Source: Octopus bimaculoides (lineage: Eukaryota). From it: 64,000 nt of DNA. Below are positions 23,240 through 36,895 of this stretch, one piece after another. How positions within the stretch are numbered: the first letter of the stretch is position 1; the number at the start of each line of letters is the position of its first letter. The position numbers and the translations under genes were made by a program. The notes beneath the pieces were generated by a model that made no database searches, had not been told where the DNA came from, and saw only the letters and a list, made by a program, of their open reading frames with translations. The stretch covers positions 3,996,315 through 4,060,314 of the forward strand of contig NC_068993.1 of NCBI RefSeq assembly GCF_001194135.2, given 5' to 3'.

Positions 23240-25754
23240 TCCATAACAAAAATACAAGAATCCCAATACAGCAAAATACCACCACTGCCACCACCACCAC
23301 CACCATCACATCTAATACTACCACGTCTTGTACCTCTAACAACATCACCACTGCAACAACACACCATTGTGAGCACTAGGGCACCATGATTTGGACTGAA
23401 TGCGAATAAATGAATAACGAAAGAAAGTAAAGAAGGAAGAAGTATCTCCACTCTCGGAATCCTCAGAGCTAGCTCCTTCGTAGCATCTTTCGTACCTCAT
23501 TGAGTTAAATATGTTTGGTGGACCCGATTTCTTTTGCGACCCAAATTACTATTGAATATAGAGTAGCTAATTTTAAGGGTGAAAGAGAGAAAGAGATAGA
23601 TATAGAAGGGGTAAAACACCTCAATTTTTTTATTGCTAATTCATCGACACTTGCAAGATGAAAGTCGAACCTGATATTGGTACGATTTGAACAGAAAGCA
23701 GATTCAAAATCCTACATGGAATTTCTCCACCTCCCTGAGGACTCGTCTATTTCGTCACCATCATTATGTTGTATGCAGCAATATTCTTCTTTAAGTTTCA
23801 TAAGATAAAGCAACAATTCACTTCCTCTAAGTTGATAATCCCTAACCTCTTAATCTCTCTCTCTCTAATAAAGGTATTTTACTATTTATGTCTCACCTGT
23901 CAGCAAAACTGATATCACTGAATACTAGAGCCCACTGTTCTAATTATCAGATATTGATCACATTAGACCCTTATTTAGAACACACATGAGCTTAAACCGA
24001 GGACATCTCATCTTTATATCAGGTAGTATGCATATTATAATACATTATCCAATGTGACCTTCCTTGTTTTAGATAGCAGAGTATGTTTTAAGGAAAGTTT
24101 AACTGATATTTCTAGTAGTTCAATCGATCTCATAGAGGCTTTTGTGTTTTCTTATATTTCAACGTTCATATCAAATTCTTTCATGAGTAAAACACGACAG
24201 AATGGCATCTTATCAAAGTGAAGTATGTCTTCATAACTTAGTTTCAATATCCCTGTTGGATTCTACCATATTGCTTAACCTTCTTATAATGGCAGTATAT
24301 GGAAAGAAAATATAAATTATACTATTATGATATTGAATTATCAATAATATTACGGATTTTTTTATCAATACAATGCATTTTTATGGAGTTGGATTTCAAT
24401 GCATTTCTTTTTAGATAATACCTCTTGAATCTTTCTGCAGTTACTCCTGTTATGACATGTCTCTTCCCATGGATATGTAATTTGTATTCCTTTCAGCTCG
24501 GACTGGATATAGAATTTCAATTTTTATATCATCTTCTGTCATCTAACATATGTAAGATACATTATGCAAGTAGAACTCACTTATATTATTCTCCATTTAT
24601 GTTATATTGTAAACATTATTCTATAAAGGTAGAATCTCTCTTCCTGCTGTAGCTGAGAACAATTGATGTTTTCACACAATAAATGCAGTAGAAGATATAT
24701 TACTTCAAAAATGTATTAACCGTTATTTTCTTCGTTCTGTATTCATTCTTCTTTCCATATTATATGACGAGTGCTTGAAATATTTGTTGATTAAAACTGA
24801 AGCTGTAAAATATGGTTATTATTTTTTTTCTTTCCATGAATTAAGACTGTCAAATATTTTGAATAATATTCAGATATTTGCTTTTGTCAAATTCACAGAT
24901 TATAGTTCTTCTATGTTGCTTTATATTATGATTTGCATTAAAAGCTTTCAGCATTTGGAAGAATGAAGAAATACTGGAATGTCACCATAAAAAATAGCTT
25001 GTCCATAAAACAAGGGTTTAAAATTCTGAGGTTTATATTGCAGGAAAGAAAGTTTCTGTTTGAGTAGTGCAGATTTATAATTCCTGGTTATACCAACAAC
25101 ATATAAACCATATGTACCAGCATTGTTGCCAAATGACACACTAGAAATGGATGCTAAACCTTGTCATATCTATCTGCTTAAAAATATTTCAGTTCATTAT
25201 AGACTCAGTTCTTAAATTCGTTGGTTTTTGCATGTGTATACATTCCAAACTCATACCATCTACTTCTCGTTCTTTTCTTTCTCTCACGTCTTGGTTTGTA
25301 TTATTATTATTATTATTGTTATTCATCTCTCAATTCTTCTTGGAATGCTACTAAGTAGTAATGTCAAGAAAAAAATGTTTAATTTAGTTACCGCTTTACT
25401 ATGTGCTATTCAAAGAATTATTTCTTCTAAAAGTAGACCACTCTGGTTTTTACTTCTATTGGTGCTTGTTTCTCCAACATTCTAGTATAGAAGTTATTGG
25501 AAAGTTAAAAAGCTGCGCTCTATTCTGCACAATTCCTGGAACATATTCTATAACATTAGTATCAACAGTAAGTTTCGTGCGGATTCACAGAGATTCAGTG
25601 TAAAAATACAACTATGGAGTTAGATAAAGAATGATATAATAAAAGAAATTATTTTTGATAGTATATCAAAACACTAGAATTTAGATTGATCAGTAACGAA
25701 ATATTTTGGTGTAAATCTCAAACTCATTTCACCCTCGAACAACCTGCTATTGCA

Positions 25755-25760
25755 ACATTA

Positions 25761-25807
<47 letters not shown>

Positions 25808-25810
25808 TTC
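25755..25810. repeat. (TTA)n microsatellite
   Basis: Direct reading. Confidence 0.9.
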
Positions 25811-25811
25811 T

Positions 25812-26090
25812 TCATTTTCAGTTCAAATTTTACTGACGTCATCATTGCCTTTCAAATTCACGGAGTCGATAAAAATAAAGTACCGGTCATACTGGAGTCG
25901 AGTATTATTATTGTTGTTGTTGTTGTTATCATTTATTTTCATTTTGAGTTCAAATTCTGCCGAGGTTGTCATTGCCTTTCACATTCACGGGGTCAATAAA
26001 ATAAAGTACCAGTCATACCGGAGTCGATGTAATCGACTACCAAACCCCCTCCTCCAAATTTCAGACCTTTTAGCTATATTAGAAACAATT
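25812..26090 (+). mobile_element. Tandem pair of SINE family B fragments (about 25812-25905 and 25938-26090)
   Basis: Both read AGTTCAAATT...TCATTGCCTTTCA(A/C)ATTCACGG(A/G)GTC(G/A)ATAAAA(A)TAAAGTACC(G/A)GTCATAC(T/C)GGAGTCGA and share diagnostic variants. Confidence 0.8.
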
Positions 26091-27692
26091 ACTATTCTTT
26101 TGTTTATGGCCTAATTACAAGGGAATTAGTGTGGGAATTAAACTAAATACCATGTGACCTTAAGTTCCAAAAATGTCATTAATTTTTGAAGCAGTTCTTC
26201 GTATGACCAAAGGATTTCTATTTCACGTTCCGGCCTATTGGAGTGTTGAAAGTCTGAAATTAAGAATGTTATCTCGGTTTAACATAACAATGGTATTCAC
26301 GTGTAATGACAATTATTCTAGCAACACAGAAATGTCTAGTCTCAATACAGAAAGAAAACAAAAAAGCATTTCTGCATACCAATATGCTCAAATATGTGTA
26401 AAACAGGAATTCTTTCTGTTTCATGTTTATTAAATGAAAGTAGATTTTGGTGTACCATTTTTTTTTTAACTTTTTATTTTTTACTCTGCCAGCAATCAGC
26501 AAATTAATGTTGCTCGGTTAATGTTTTCTTTATTCTTTTTCAAAGTGATACACACCAAAACTTTGCTTGTGATTAATGATCTTGTCTAGCTTTGAACCAA
26601 TTTATATTGAAAGTTAATATTTTATTATCTCCATTGTGTGGACGTGTGTCTACGAGCAAGTATCATTACTGTGCATCGTTGTGTATACGAAAACGTTTTC
26701 TACTAATTTTTCTGTGTTTGGCATCACCGTTTTTATACATTTGTACCAGGGGTTGATGTCAGATGTCAGTTGCTTGAAAGATAAGGAAAGATTATTCAGC
26801 ATGGAAATGAAGCTTAATATGATGTTGCATGCATTGGAAAATTTCCTGTAATATTTTGGCATGAGAGTATCTGGAAAATTAGTTATATTTTTATTAAATT
26901 ACCAATTTAGCTATGTTCCAAATAAAAGTTGGATATTCTGGAAAATATTCATTGCTGGCCAAGAACTTCCTTCTCATTAAAAATAATGCAGAAAATGAAA
27001 TGAAATTGGCATGGGAAATGAAATTGACTTTAGATGCCGTTTCGTCCTGATGATGTTATCCACAACGACATTTTCTCTGTCATCGGCATTAACATCCGAT
27101 CAAATTTATATTTATCATTTACAAGGATATCAAGATACGAATTTAATTCTGGAAATTATTTTGTCGTTTTTTGGGGGTTTTATTAAAGTCTGGTCTATTT
27201 ATTGCGCAAAATATATGCATCGTGAATTTGCAGTAATTTGTTGGCTGACGTCTGTGTATCTTATATGCTCTGTTAAAATGTGGTAATGGACTTGGTGTTG
27301 GGCGCTAAGGGTGTAGACCGTGTGCTGCAAGTGGTATATAATGTTAATGACTGAAAATGGTGTGTTTAGTACGAGATTGGCTACTTTACTGAGTGTTGAC
27401 ACCATAGGTTTATGCATTATATTTGATGTAAAAAGAATTTACCGTGCTTTCTCTAATACATCAATATCATGATCTTTATGGTTCTATGAGTTCTTGTACG
27501 ACATCAACAGGTGCACTACTTCTTTTTCAAAGATGTGTGTGGTATCGTATCTTTTGGTCAAAATAGTGTTCCTTTACAACAGCCCACACCTTTATTATTC
27601 CCTCGCTTCATATAGCATATCAGCTGCAAACTAAAATATAACTATTTTAAGCACAGTATGGCAAGGTTAAATAAAATAATACAAGTCTTCTA

Positions 27693-27875
27693 AGGTGATG
27701 TGCTGATTGAATCGCTATCGGTGCTGGGGAAAATGTCTAGTGGCATCTCGTCACGCTCCGAGTTCAAAACCTGTCGAGGTTGACTTTGCCTTTCATCCTT
27801 TTAGGGTTGATAAATAAAGTACCAGTCGACTTCCCCTGAAATGCTGGTCTTGTGCCAAAATTTGAAATCAATTAA
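27693..27875 (+). mobile_element. SINE family B copy
   Basis: GAGTTCAAAACCTGTCGAGGTTGACTTTGCCTTTCATCCTTTTAGGGTTGATAAATAAAGTACCAG. Confidence 0.8.
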
Positions 27876-28650
27876 CATAAGTCTTCTCTTCTCATAAATA
27901 TGAGAGAATATTTCAATATATAACATCTAGATTTCTGCTTTTTGCCAAACTGAATTAAGAAAAAGACTGCAATTAATTTGTAGATATAAACTTTGAACTG
28001 CTGTTACACCACCTTCACTAGCACTATGATGTTTTTACGAAAATAGTCATAAACGATGCCCCCATTAATCAATGTCAGAATGAATAAAAGGGAGCAAGAA
28101 ATCGGTCAGCAAGGAAGTCCGAGTGAAAAGAGAAGGAAGTGGAGGAGAGAGAAATGTTCTGAAGAGAGAGAGAAAAAATATTAGAATGTGTTTATTATTG
28201 GTGAACGGTAATAAAATCGAAAGAAAAAGCCACAGTAAAATAGGTTACAATTTTAGCTTTGAAACAGTCACAAGCAAAATGTCATCTTCTATTTAAATAC
28301 CATAAGTAATAGTTAAGGAAATGAAAAGAAATAATATTTGAAGTCTTTTATTAATGGACACAATCTGACTTGTACACAATGACAACATTACTTAAACGTG
28401 AGTAAATAAAGAAATAATCATATTTATTTAATATTGCACTTGATATTAAAGAAGTACATTTGTGACTGTTCGTAATGTTTTTTTTACCTAAATTTTATAT
28501 AAACGAATAAACGATGTTCTTATGTTCTTAAATAATAAACGTTGTCACTAATGTGATATGAATATATGTGTATGTATGTACGTATATATGTACGTGTATG
28601 TATGTATGTATGCATGTTTGTATATATATATATAAATATATATATATATA

Positions 28651-28855
28651 NNNNNNNNNNNNNNNNNNNNNNNNNNNNNNNNNNNNNNNNNNNNNNNNNN
28701 NNNNNNNNNNNNNNNNNNNNNNNNNNNNNNNNNNNNNNNNNNNNNNNNNNNNNNNNNNNNNNNNNNNNNNNNNNNNNNNNNNNNNNNNNNNNNNNNNNNN
28801 NNNNNNNNNNNNNNNNNNNNNNNNNNNNNNNNNNNNNNNNNNNNNNNNNNNNNNN
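28651..28855. other. Assembly gap after (TATG)/(TA)n
   Basis: N-run. Confidence 1.
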
Positions 28856-29004
28856 TTTTTGTTATATTTCTGCTGCTTTTAAATAAAGCATATTACTCTA
28901 CCTCTGGTATTTGAGTACTCTTTTTTCCACATTGTTGCACATTTCATGTGCTTACTCCGGTATATATATATATATGTGTGTGTATGGTGGGGGCTGTATG
29001 TATA

Positions 29005-29175
29005 TCTATCCTGAGCACGGCATCAAAGTGCATCCAGTGGTGAAGGTCCATTTCGAGAACTCTGGAATTGTGGGGACACCTGGGGTGGTCTCTTAAGTCC
29101 CATTACTCTAAATTCCTTTCTGATTCGGAACGGTAATACTTGCCCAGGTTCCGTCTATGGGTTGAATAGATGTCC
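29005..29175 (-). mobile_element. Unclassified interspersed repeat fragment (retroposon 3'-tail-like)
   Basis: GC-richer block; reverse complement CCCATAGACGGAACC...GAGTAATGG...CACCACTGGATGCACTTTGATGCC resembles a recurrent octopus repeat (recalled). Single copy in this window. Confidence 0.35.
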
Positions 29176-29739
29176 AAAAGGTACAAGAGGCTCCCTTTCT
29201 TCTTGACGAAGGCGCACGGAAGGCATCTTGTCTATGTGAAAGATATTGTACCAATTCTGTTGGCTTTGAAGCGAAATTTCTCGTCGAAATTAAAGTTGTT
29301 ACTGACTTTTTCGATAGCGTATACTTTCCAAATCAATTTTTGCTAGTAATATCTCAATCATTCTAACGTAGCACTTAATATTATCTAACTGTTCTGTCGT
29401 ACGATTTTTCATCAATGTATTTCGATGCTTTTTTAAATTTCTTTGATTATTTTTTCTTTTTATTTTTGTCCGTTCGTTGACTCTCATCTAAGTTCGTGTA
29501 CAGTGTTCGTCCGCAGCAGGGAATACACTGCATATAATGAAGAGAGTAAAAAGTACACAGAATAGCCTAATAGGCTCAGAATCCTTATGAGTCAAAACAG
29601 TGACATACGTAATGTCAAATACGTGCAAATATAATATTCTGTAGCCTTTATAAAATACATCTCCTTGTGGTCTTTATAAGTATTACATATGTGTTTGTGT
29701 GTTGTGTAGGATGTCTGTGTGTGCATGTATATGTGTATA

Positions 29740-29787
<48 letters not shown>

Positions 29788-29815
29788 GAGAGAGAGAGAC
29801 AGAGACAGAGACAGG
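29740..29815. repeat. (GA)n microsatellite
   Basis: Direct reading. Confidence 0.95.
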
Positions 29816-30127
29816 AGGGGATAACAGAGAAAACGGAAGAGTAATCAAGATAATACGTAACAAACTACAGCTTCTAAGAAAGAGAACACTGAAAACATTT
29901 CTACATTACACGTTGATATAATAAATGGAGAGCAGAAAATGCCTCCCAGAAAAAATTGGTTTAATTCATAGCTGGGAATCTTCAGATCTACCATGGAGAT
30001 TTTACGCTCGCAATATAACCTCTTTGTAATAGAACATATTGAAAAATTCAGCTCCTACGAGAGAGAATGTTTTTTTTATATATATTTTTATAATATTTCG
30101 ATAGGTAGATACATCCATAAAAATATA

Positions 30128-30780
30128 CGTGGTCTGATTAATAAATATCCGGAGTGTTGCTATAGTAACGAGGCTAAAGCATGTAAAGTAAAGCTGCTTG
30201 GTACAGATTGACCTTGAACTCTACTGTGCATGCGCACTAAGTTTTAACGTTCTAGCTTACTTCTGCTGTTTACAAAAGTGCTTGGAAGGAATGTGTGTAG
30301 CGTCGTATTGACCATGACAGAATGTTGAGTAGAGAATCTGAATCAAATTTTGTCAAAAGCTTGCCGATAACTCCTCAGATGCCCACAAAATTTGCAGAAA
30401 GTGTATGGAGAGGAATGTATGATCCGAAAAAATGTCGATATTGCCGAACATTCTGGGAAATCCGTAACCAGCAGAACTGAGAAAAACATCACAGATGTGC
30501 GTGCAGCTGTGAGTGAAAATCGTCGAACCACCATCCATGAGTTATCAGCGGATGTGCAGATTAGTTACGATTCACTTCAGTCCGAAGTGTGTCTGCCAAG
30601 TTTGTGCCCAAATTGCTTTCAGCTGACCAAAAGGATACTTGGGTTTCAATTGCACAAAATCTTGATTGTCTCGAAAACGATGAAAACCTTTTGAAAACGG
30701 TCATAACGAGCGATGAACCGTGACTCAGTCTTCATAGTGGAAGACGCCAACCTCTCCGAGATACAGGAAAGGAAACAGAA
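30128..30780 (+). mobile_element. Mariner (Tc1/mariner, DD34D-type) transposon, internally deleted and frameshifted
   Basis: TA|CGTGGTCTGATTAATAAATATCCGGAG left end. Translation LQKVYGEECM...SRTEKNITDVRAAVSENRRTTIHELSADVQIS (HTH), then VSAKFVPKLLSADQK (WVPxxL linker) and KTVITSDE (first catalytic D motif). Confidence 0.85.
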
Positions 30781-30785
30781 AACAG

Positions 30786-30817
30786 TAAGTGTATAGTGAC
30801 TTTTGGGACACCCTGTA
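30786..30817 (-). mobile_element. Tc1/mariner-type terminal inverted repeat of a different family
   Basis: Reverse complement TA|CAGGGTGTCCCAAAAGTCACTATACAC; does not match the left end at 30128. Confidence 0.5.
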
Positions 30818-32033
30818 TATATTCCTTTCATGGTCCCTCGCTTTGTTACGCAGAGAAGACTAACTTCCTTCTAATCTCACTACAATCCTAAATCCAACAC
30901 AAGATTATATTGATTTGATGAGGGGAAATGTGTACGATAGTGGAACGTAAAATTTGAGTCTGAAGTAATATAGAGATACTTCAATAACAGCAAAAGCTTA
31001 TATCAGTGTTAATATAGTTAATGCATTGAAAACATCTTATCAGGCATAAATATGCAAAACATATTCCATTAATTGATGCCACGAGTTATTTTTCTTTACG
31101 AACAAATTAGAAGATATTTTTGAATATGTTTCGACATTATCGTGATCTCATCAACAACCAATACCATTTATATTATTCGCAGATATGGATTTAATGTTGC
31201 CCTGTAAATTTACCGTCATACTGATATTCCACGGAAAAATAGAATTGTTAGAATATCAGATAATTCAAATGGCATGAATCAACGTATAAGTGTTTTCACG
31301 TACAAAATGCGTAGAACGCATCACACAACATGAGAAAATTAATAACAATATAAATCCTTGATTATGATTTGTTTCTTTTCTGAAGTGCATATTTATATCT
31401 AGCAAATGTTTAACATTCCATGCCTTTAATATACAAACACTAACTTATGTATTAATTCTCAGTTTTACTTTGTTTATGTCGTAAAATAGCTTTAGGAATG
31501 TCATGAAAACAGAACAGTTATATACATTTTTCACACTCAAATTAATTTCATTTATTATCAAATTATTGATACCACCAGTCATGAATGCTTAAACAATCAA
31601 TTATATTTAGCTCAATATAGATACGTAGAGATAAATATTTATAATTCTAAATTAGAAATGTTACAAAAAGAGCCTCTAACTGAGATTTAGCTCGTGCAAT
31701 TATGTTAAGACAAAGAATTTATCATTCGAACAAGAAATGTATTTTTATTAAATTATTAGATGGATTAGAATTCAGAGTACACTGTGCGAACATGTTTTGG
31801 GTAGCTTCTTTCAATTATTACTTAGCCATATGTCATGTGGAGCGCACAAGGATCTCAGTGACAAATCGTCTCCATATTCCTCTCAACTGACTTAGCTTCT
31901 TACTTCTTTTTCTGGTTTTGCGGAAAACTGTCATATGACTATTCAAAGCGAATGAAATCCCTTTCATTTTCACAATAACATAAGGCTACCATAGAACGCT
32001 TGCAAAATTCATATTTTTGTTCCAGATAAATAG

Positions 32034-32075
32034 CAATATCCTCAATATCCTCAATATCCTCAATATCCTCAATAT
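32034..32075. repeat. 9-bp tandem repeat (CAATATCCT) x4.7
   Basis: Direct reading. Confidence 0.95.
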
Positions 32076-32164
32076 GTAGAATTTGAAAAATGCCAAAAGA
32101 TAATCGTGTCTGTAGGATTGCATATGCACATGTGGGTATACATCCATACATCCGTATGAAAATA

Positions 32165-32219
32165 AATTTATATATATATACAAATATACATGTATATATA
32201 TATATATATATTAATTTAT

Positions 32220-32258
<39 letters not shown>

Positions 32259-32292
32259 TGTGTGTGTGTATCTGTCTGTGTATATATATAAA
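32165..32292. repeat. (TA)/(TG)n microsatellite block
   Basis: Direct reading. Confidence 0.9.
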
Positions 32293-34004
32293 TGTACGTT
32301 TTTAACACGTGTTTTTGCTTTATAATATTTGATAATGTTTCCTGATTAATTACAATATTTGAGCGCAAGAAACAGAGACAAGGACAGAGAGAAAGACGAT
32401 GAAAGAGGTAACGAGATAATGAAAATAATAGAAATAGTAGGGAGACAGACAGTTAAAGGGTTAAGAGCAGGTCAGTGAATTGCTATTAAGTTTTTTCAAA
32501 AAAAAAAAAACAATGTAAAAGTCTAAAATTGCAGTTGAGATTGTTATGTGAATTAAATGCTAAAAATTTAATCATTTTGCAGGAGAGGAAGGAGACGCGG
32601 TCAAAAGTTCAGCAAAGAATATTTTTTAATGACCACTTCAGCACCTATGGCCAGGAGACCATTACGATCAATGCTATACAGCCACATATACTCTAAAGCA
32701 ACATCGCTAAGACAGCATAAGAGAAACTTACACACAACAAGAAACAACAGCAAAAATGGTTGGTGTAAAAATTAATGACCTGAAACTGCTTATGAAATGA
32801 AACAATATTTAATGTTTGGTTCTGTAAGATGTACAGCGGACACAGGCTCGCTGATCTGCTCAGACAAACGCATATAGTCATTATAAATACATACACATAC
32901 TGATATACATTCGCACATATACATATATACATGTATACATATATAATGTGAATTAGCGTACATATGTATATGTATATATAAATATATGTAAATACATATG
33001 TGTGTGTGTTTATGTATCTATGAATGCATGCACATGATGAATTACTGAAAGCCGAGCATTCACATTTGTGGTTATGGATTTTAAGTTTTAATGCTCATTC
33101 ATATTTATTGTATGTTTTGATCGTATCCATTATGTTTATTTATTTGAGAGTAGCGGTCTTATTTTTGGCATACAAGGAATACAGTTGGAATGTTTCAATT
33201 GGCTTATGATTGGTTAGCGTTTCACTGTTTCGTTATATCATTCGCATGTGCCATACGTCAGCTTTGTGTGATCTTGTTTCTGACAATAAATCTCTCTACA
33301 TTTGCTAATGTGCCTACAGTGATGTTTCTCGTTACATTCGTTTTACTGTATTACAGAAACAATTCTTTTATAATACTTCTTTGTGATGTGTACAGTATTA
33401 CTGTGGATGTCTTCAATTTAGTGTGCATTAGTGTAGCATCAGCTTTTAATTTTCTTTTCATTTTTAATTTGTGAAGCTAACAGTAAAGTCTTTCTAGTCA
33501 GAGTGAAAACTTCGAGATGGTGAAATAAAAAAAAAAGTATAATGATCTTGTGTCAGGGAATATGCCTCACTTTCTTAATATTGGTATTTTGCCGGCAAAT
33601 GTGTGTAATCTGGTATATTTTATTCGATAACTTTTTTAATTCTCCAGTTAACGGATTCGAGCAGTCCACTGGCATTTTGTAAATTATACGTTTACAACAA
33701 CGAAGTGTTAAATGAATCTGGAGAATTTGAAGTTTGATATATGAAGTAATGGGGGGGGGTGTAAAATATGTGTTATAGAATCTGTGTCGGATTCAATATA
33801 TTTGTTACATTTTACAAATAAAGAAATATGGTTGTTGTAGCAAAAAATGACAGGTATTGAGAACCGTGTTTAACTGTTAAATGTTACATGCTTCACAATA
33901 CAAAAATGTCTATAGACTCTGTTACATGTCAAAATTGACCTTTCTGTAAGAACTCGATACCGACAGAGAAATATCATTATTCTGACATACATACATATAC
34001 ACAT

Positions 34005-34061
34005 ATACACACACGTGTGTATATATATATATATATATATATATNNNNNNNNNNNNNNNNN

Positions 34062-34101
<40 letters not shown>

Positions 34102-34147
34102 TTAGTAAACAGATAGGTAGTTAGGTTGATAGATCGATTGGTCGATC

Positions 34148-34185
<38 letters not shown>

Positions 34186-34220
34186 CGATTATCTATATCT
34201 ATATAGATAATATCTATATA
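34005..34220. repeat. (TA)n - gap (34025-34041) - (GA)n - (GATA)n compound repeat
   Basis: Direct reading. Confidence 0.9.
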
Positions 34221-34351
34221 CTTCGGGGTGCTGAAGAGTTCCCGGTTTTCAGTGAAAGGAAATACAAAAGGATCAGTTAATTATGATTTTCTTCAACATA
34301 TTCCCCTCTGAGATTCATGCGCATCAGTTTTTCTCGGCCCTGTAAAGGAAC
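34221..34351 (-). mobile_element. Mariner transposon 3' end (transposase C-terminus plus terminal repeat)
   Basis: The minus frame LQGREKLMRMNLRGEYVEE resembles the mariner terminal motif (KCV.LRGEYVE). It ends in ...GGAACTCTTCAGCACCCCGAAG|TA. Confidence 0.7.
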
Positions 34352-35130
34352 AACGAAGGTATACATACATACATATACATACAAACACATACACAGATAT
34401 GTGTGTGTTTGTGTGTGTATGTATTTCTTTTCTGTTTGTAAGTTATTGGAGTGTATGCTTTCCGTTAAAATGTATATATGCGACAACCATGAACTAAAGC
34501 AACTTATTTTTACTTATACAGACTCAAAATCCTGTATCATATTCGTTTTCCTTGTTGCACTCCCGATCTAGTAGACATATAGCTATATGCTTACTAGTCA
34601 TCACCATCTCGGTCCTTACGTCACATAAGAAGCTTTATTCTTTAACAGGGAAGAAAGCTTATTCGTTGCAAGACTACATGTCCTTCAGTTGACTGGAAAG
34701 ACCTCTTCGTCAATATGTCTAGTGGAAAACAATAACAAGAATAAAAGTATAACAGCAACATCACCATCAGGAGCAAAATTATTTAGAAAATAATATGGAT
34801 ACTGTCTTTGTTACAAAAATGGGAGGCGACATTTTGATGCCACCGCGGGTTTTAACGGCAATAATGTGTGTGTAATGATGTTCGACTCAACGGTTATAAA
34901 TTTCACTAGTCGTTCAACGCACATATAATAAAAGTAAGTTATAGATGCAAGAGAGACTTGTTTATGTTATAAATATCACAGTGCGAAAATCTTCTTATCA
35001 ACTGTAAAATGTATGCGGTGGAGTGGAAGCACTATAATATGGCTTTGCTGCTTAAAATGTATGTTTCTGAAATAAAACAGAATTATATCAGGACAATATC
35101 TGCAGCAACAATATATGAACAAGAGTGATG

Positions 35131-35440
35131 TCGGTGGCTTTGTAGTTAGATCATTGGGATCAAGACTTTTCAATTGTGAGTTCGAATTTCTGGTGTGTCC
35201 TTGAGCAAGACACTTTATTTCACGTTGCTCTAGTTCACTCAGCTGGCAAAAATGAGTTGTGCCTTCATATCAATGGTTCAACCACGACACATTCTGTGAC
35301 ACGTTGAATCTCCCTGGAACTTTCTTTCAGAGCACAAGTGTCTGTGGAGTGGTCAGCTACTTGAACGTTAATTTAAGAAGCAGGCTGCACCGTTGATTGG
35401 CTCAAATGGAACCCTTGTCGTTGCAACCAATGCAGTGTCA
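35131..35440 (+). mobile_element. tRNA-derived CORE-like SINE, family C
   Basis: B-box GAGTTCGAATT followed by GTGTCCTTGAGCAAGACACTTTATTTCACGTTGCTCTAGTTCACTCAGCTGGCAAAAATGAG (CORE-like) and the tail shared with 22873-23045. Confidence 0.8.
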
Positions 35441-36236
35441 GTTTTACGTACAACCGCTTCACGTTGTGCACAGTTTACATATAACTCCTTCAAGTGTTGA
35501 CAGCACAACAGTATGTTTTGTAAGCTTCACCTGAAATGCACCTTATCATTTTCAGTTCATATCTGGAAATCGGAAAAGACTAAAGTAATAGCCAACATTT
35601 AATGGGCTGTGTAAGATAAAGTAGGGACATTTCAGAACTGATCAAAATGCAGCGCTCTGTCAGTGAAACGCAATACCACCAACCAGTTTCCCGGAATTAT
35701 TATATTAAACAACGCGATATGATTTCCATTCACCGTCACATAATAACTGTTTTTCTTGAGAACTTCAGTAAGGATGACTTTCAGTGATGCAAAACAAACA
35801 CCAAGCATTTACATCACCAAAATGGCTTAGAATCCTTCTATTGTTATTATAATCACTGGCTGGTATGTTCGACAAATGACCGACCGAACGAACGACGCCA
35901 ACATTCATGTTATGCCGCCTTTTTTTATTTTCTTCTTCAAATAAATTGACATTTATGAGACTGTACATACTCCCAACATCAATTGTTATGAAACACTTTG
36001 TCCATTTGTATGAGAAAATAAACAATATCTATACAGATTTATGTGGGTGTTATAGTGTAGGATATTATTGCTCCTATATTCAATATATAAGCGTGGGCAA
36101 TAACATGTTATATTCTGTAGAATGAAATGTTGATATACAATATATATCATTGGTGCACCTAATCACACAGAAATTACACAGACTTACACGGACAAAGGTA
36201 TATGTATATAAATCTATATGCTTACTTTTTACGTAG

Positions 36237-36275
<39 letters not shown>

Positions 36276-36422
36276 TATTTATATAAGTGCATATAATTTT
36301 ATATACGCGTATATATATATATATATATATATACGTATATAGGTATGGTACGTATATACATTTGATGAAATGTATATTGTCTGAAACAAAATAGTTTTTG
36401 GTTTTTTAAAGTATAATCTTGA

Positions 36423-36643
36423 NNNNNNNNNNNNNNNNNNNNNNNNNNNNNNNNNNNNNNNNNNNNNNNNNNNNNNNNNNNNNNNNNNNNNNNNNNNNNN
36501 NNNNNNNNNNNNNNNNNNNNNNNNNNNNNNNNNNNNNNNNNNNNNNNNNNNNNNNNNNNNNNNNNNNNNNNNNNNNNNNNNNNNNNNNNNNNNNNNNNNN
36601 NNNNNNNNNNNNNNNNNNNNNNNNNNNNNNNNNNNNNNNNNNN
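36423..36643. other. Assembly gap
   Basis: N-run. Confidence 1.
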
Positions 36644-36745
36644 CTCTCTATGGACATCTTCATAAAATATATTTCTTCCTCTAGTTTTCATCTCTTCTCA
36701 CAAACTGCAGAATATTAGCTAATCAGACGGACTTATTGATTTTCA

Positions 36746-36840
<95 letters not shown>

Positions 36841-36842
36841 TT

Positions 36843-36895
<53 letters not shown>

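Noticed and set aside
25489-25570. Splice-bounded 82-nt segment open in two frames
   Set aside because: No recognisable protein and no linked exons; such signals arise by chance in AT-rich DNA.
24400-25620. Possible decayed reverse transcriptase on minus (FQMLKAFNANHNI; TATGTT-A-GATGAC as frameshifted YVDD)
   Set aside because: Motifs need frameshifts, spacing is off and no PQG motif is found. A tBLASTn/HMM search would be needed.
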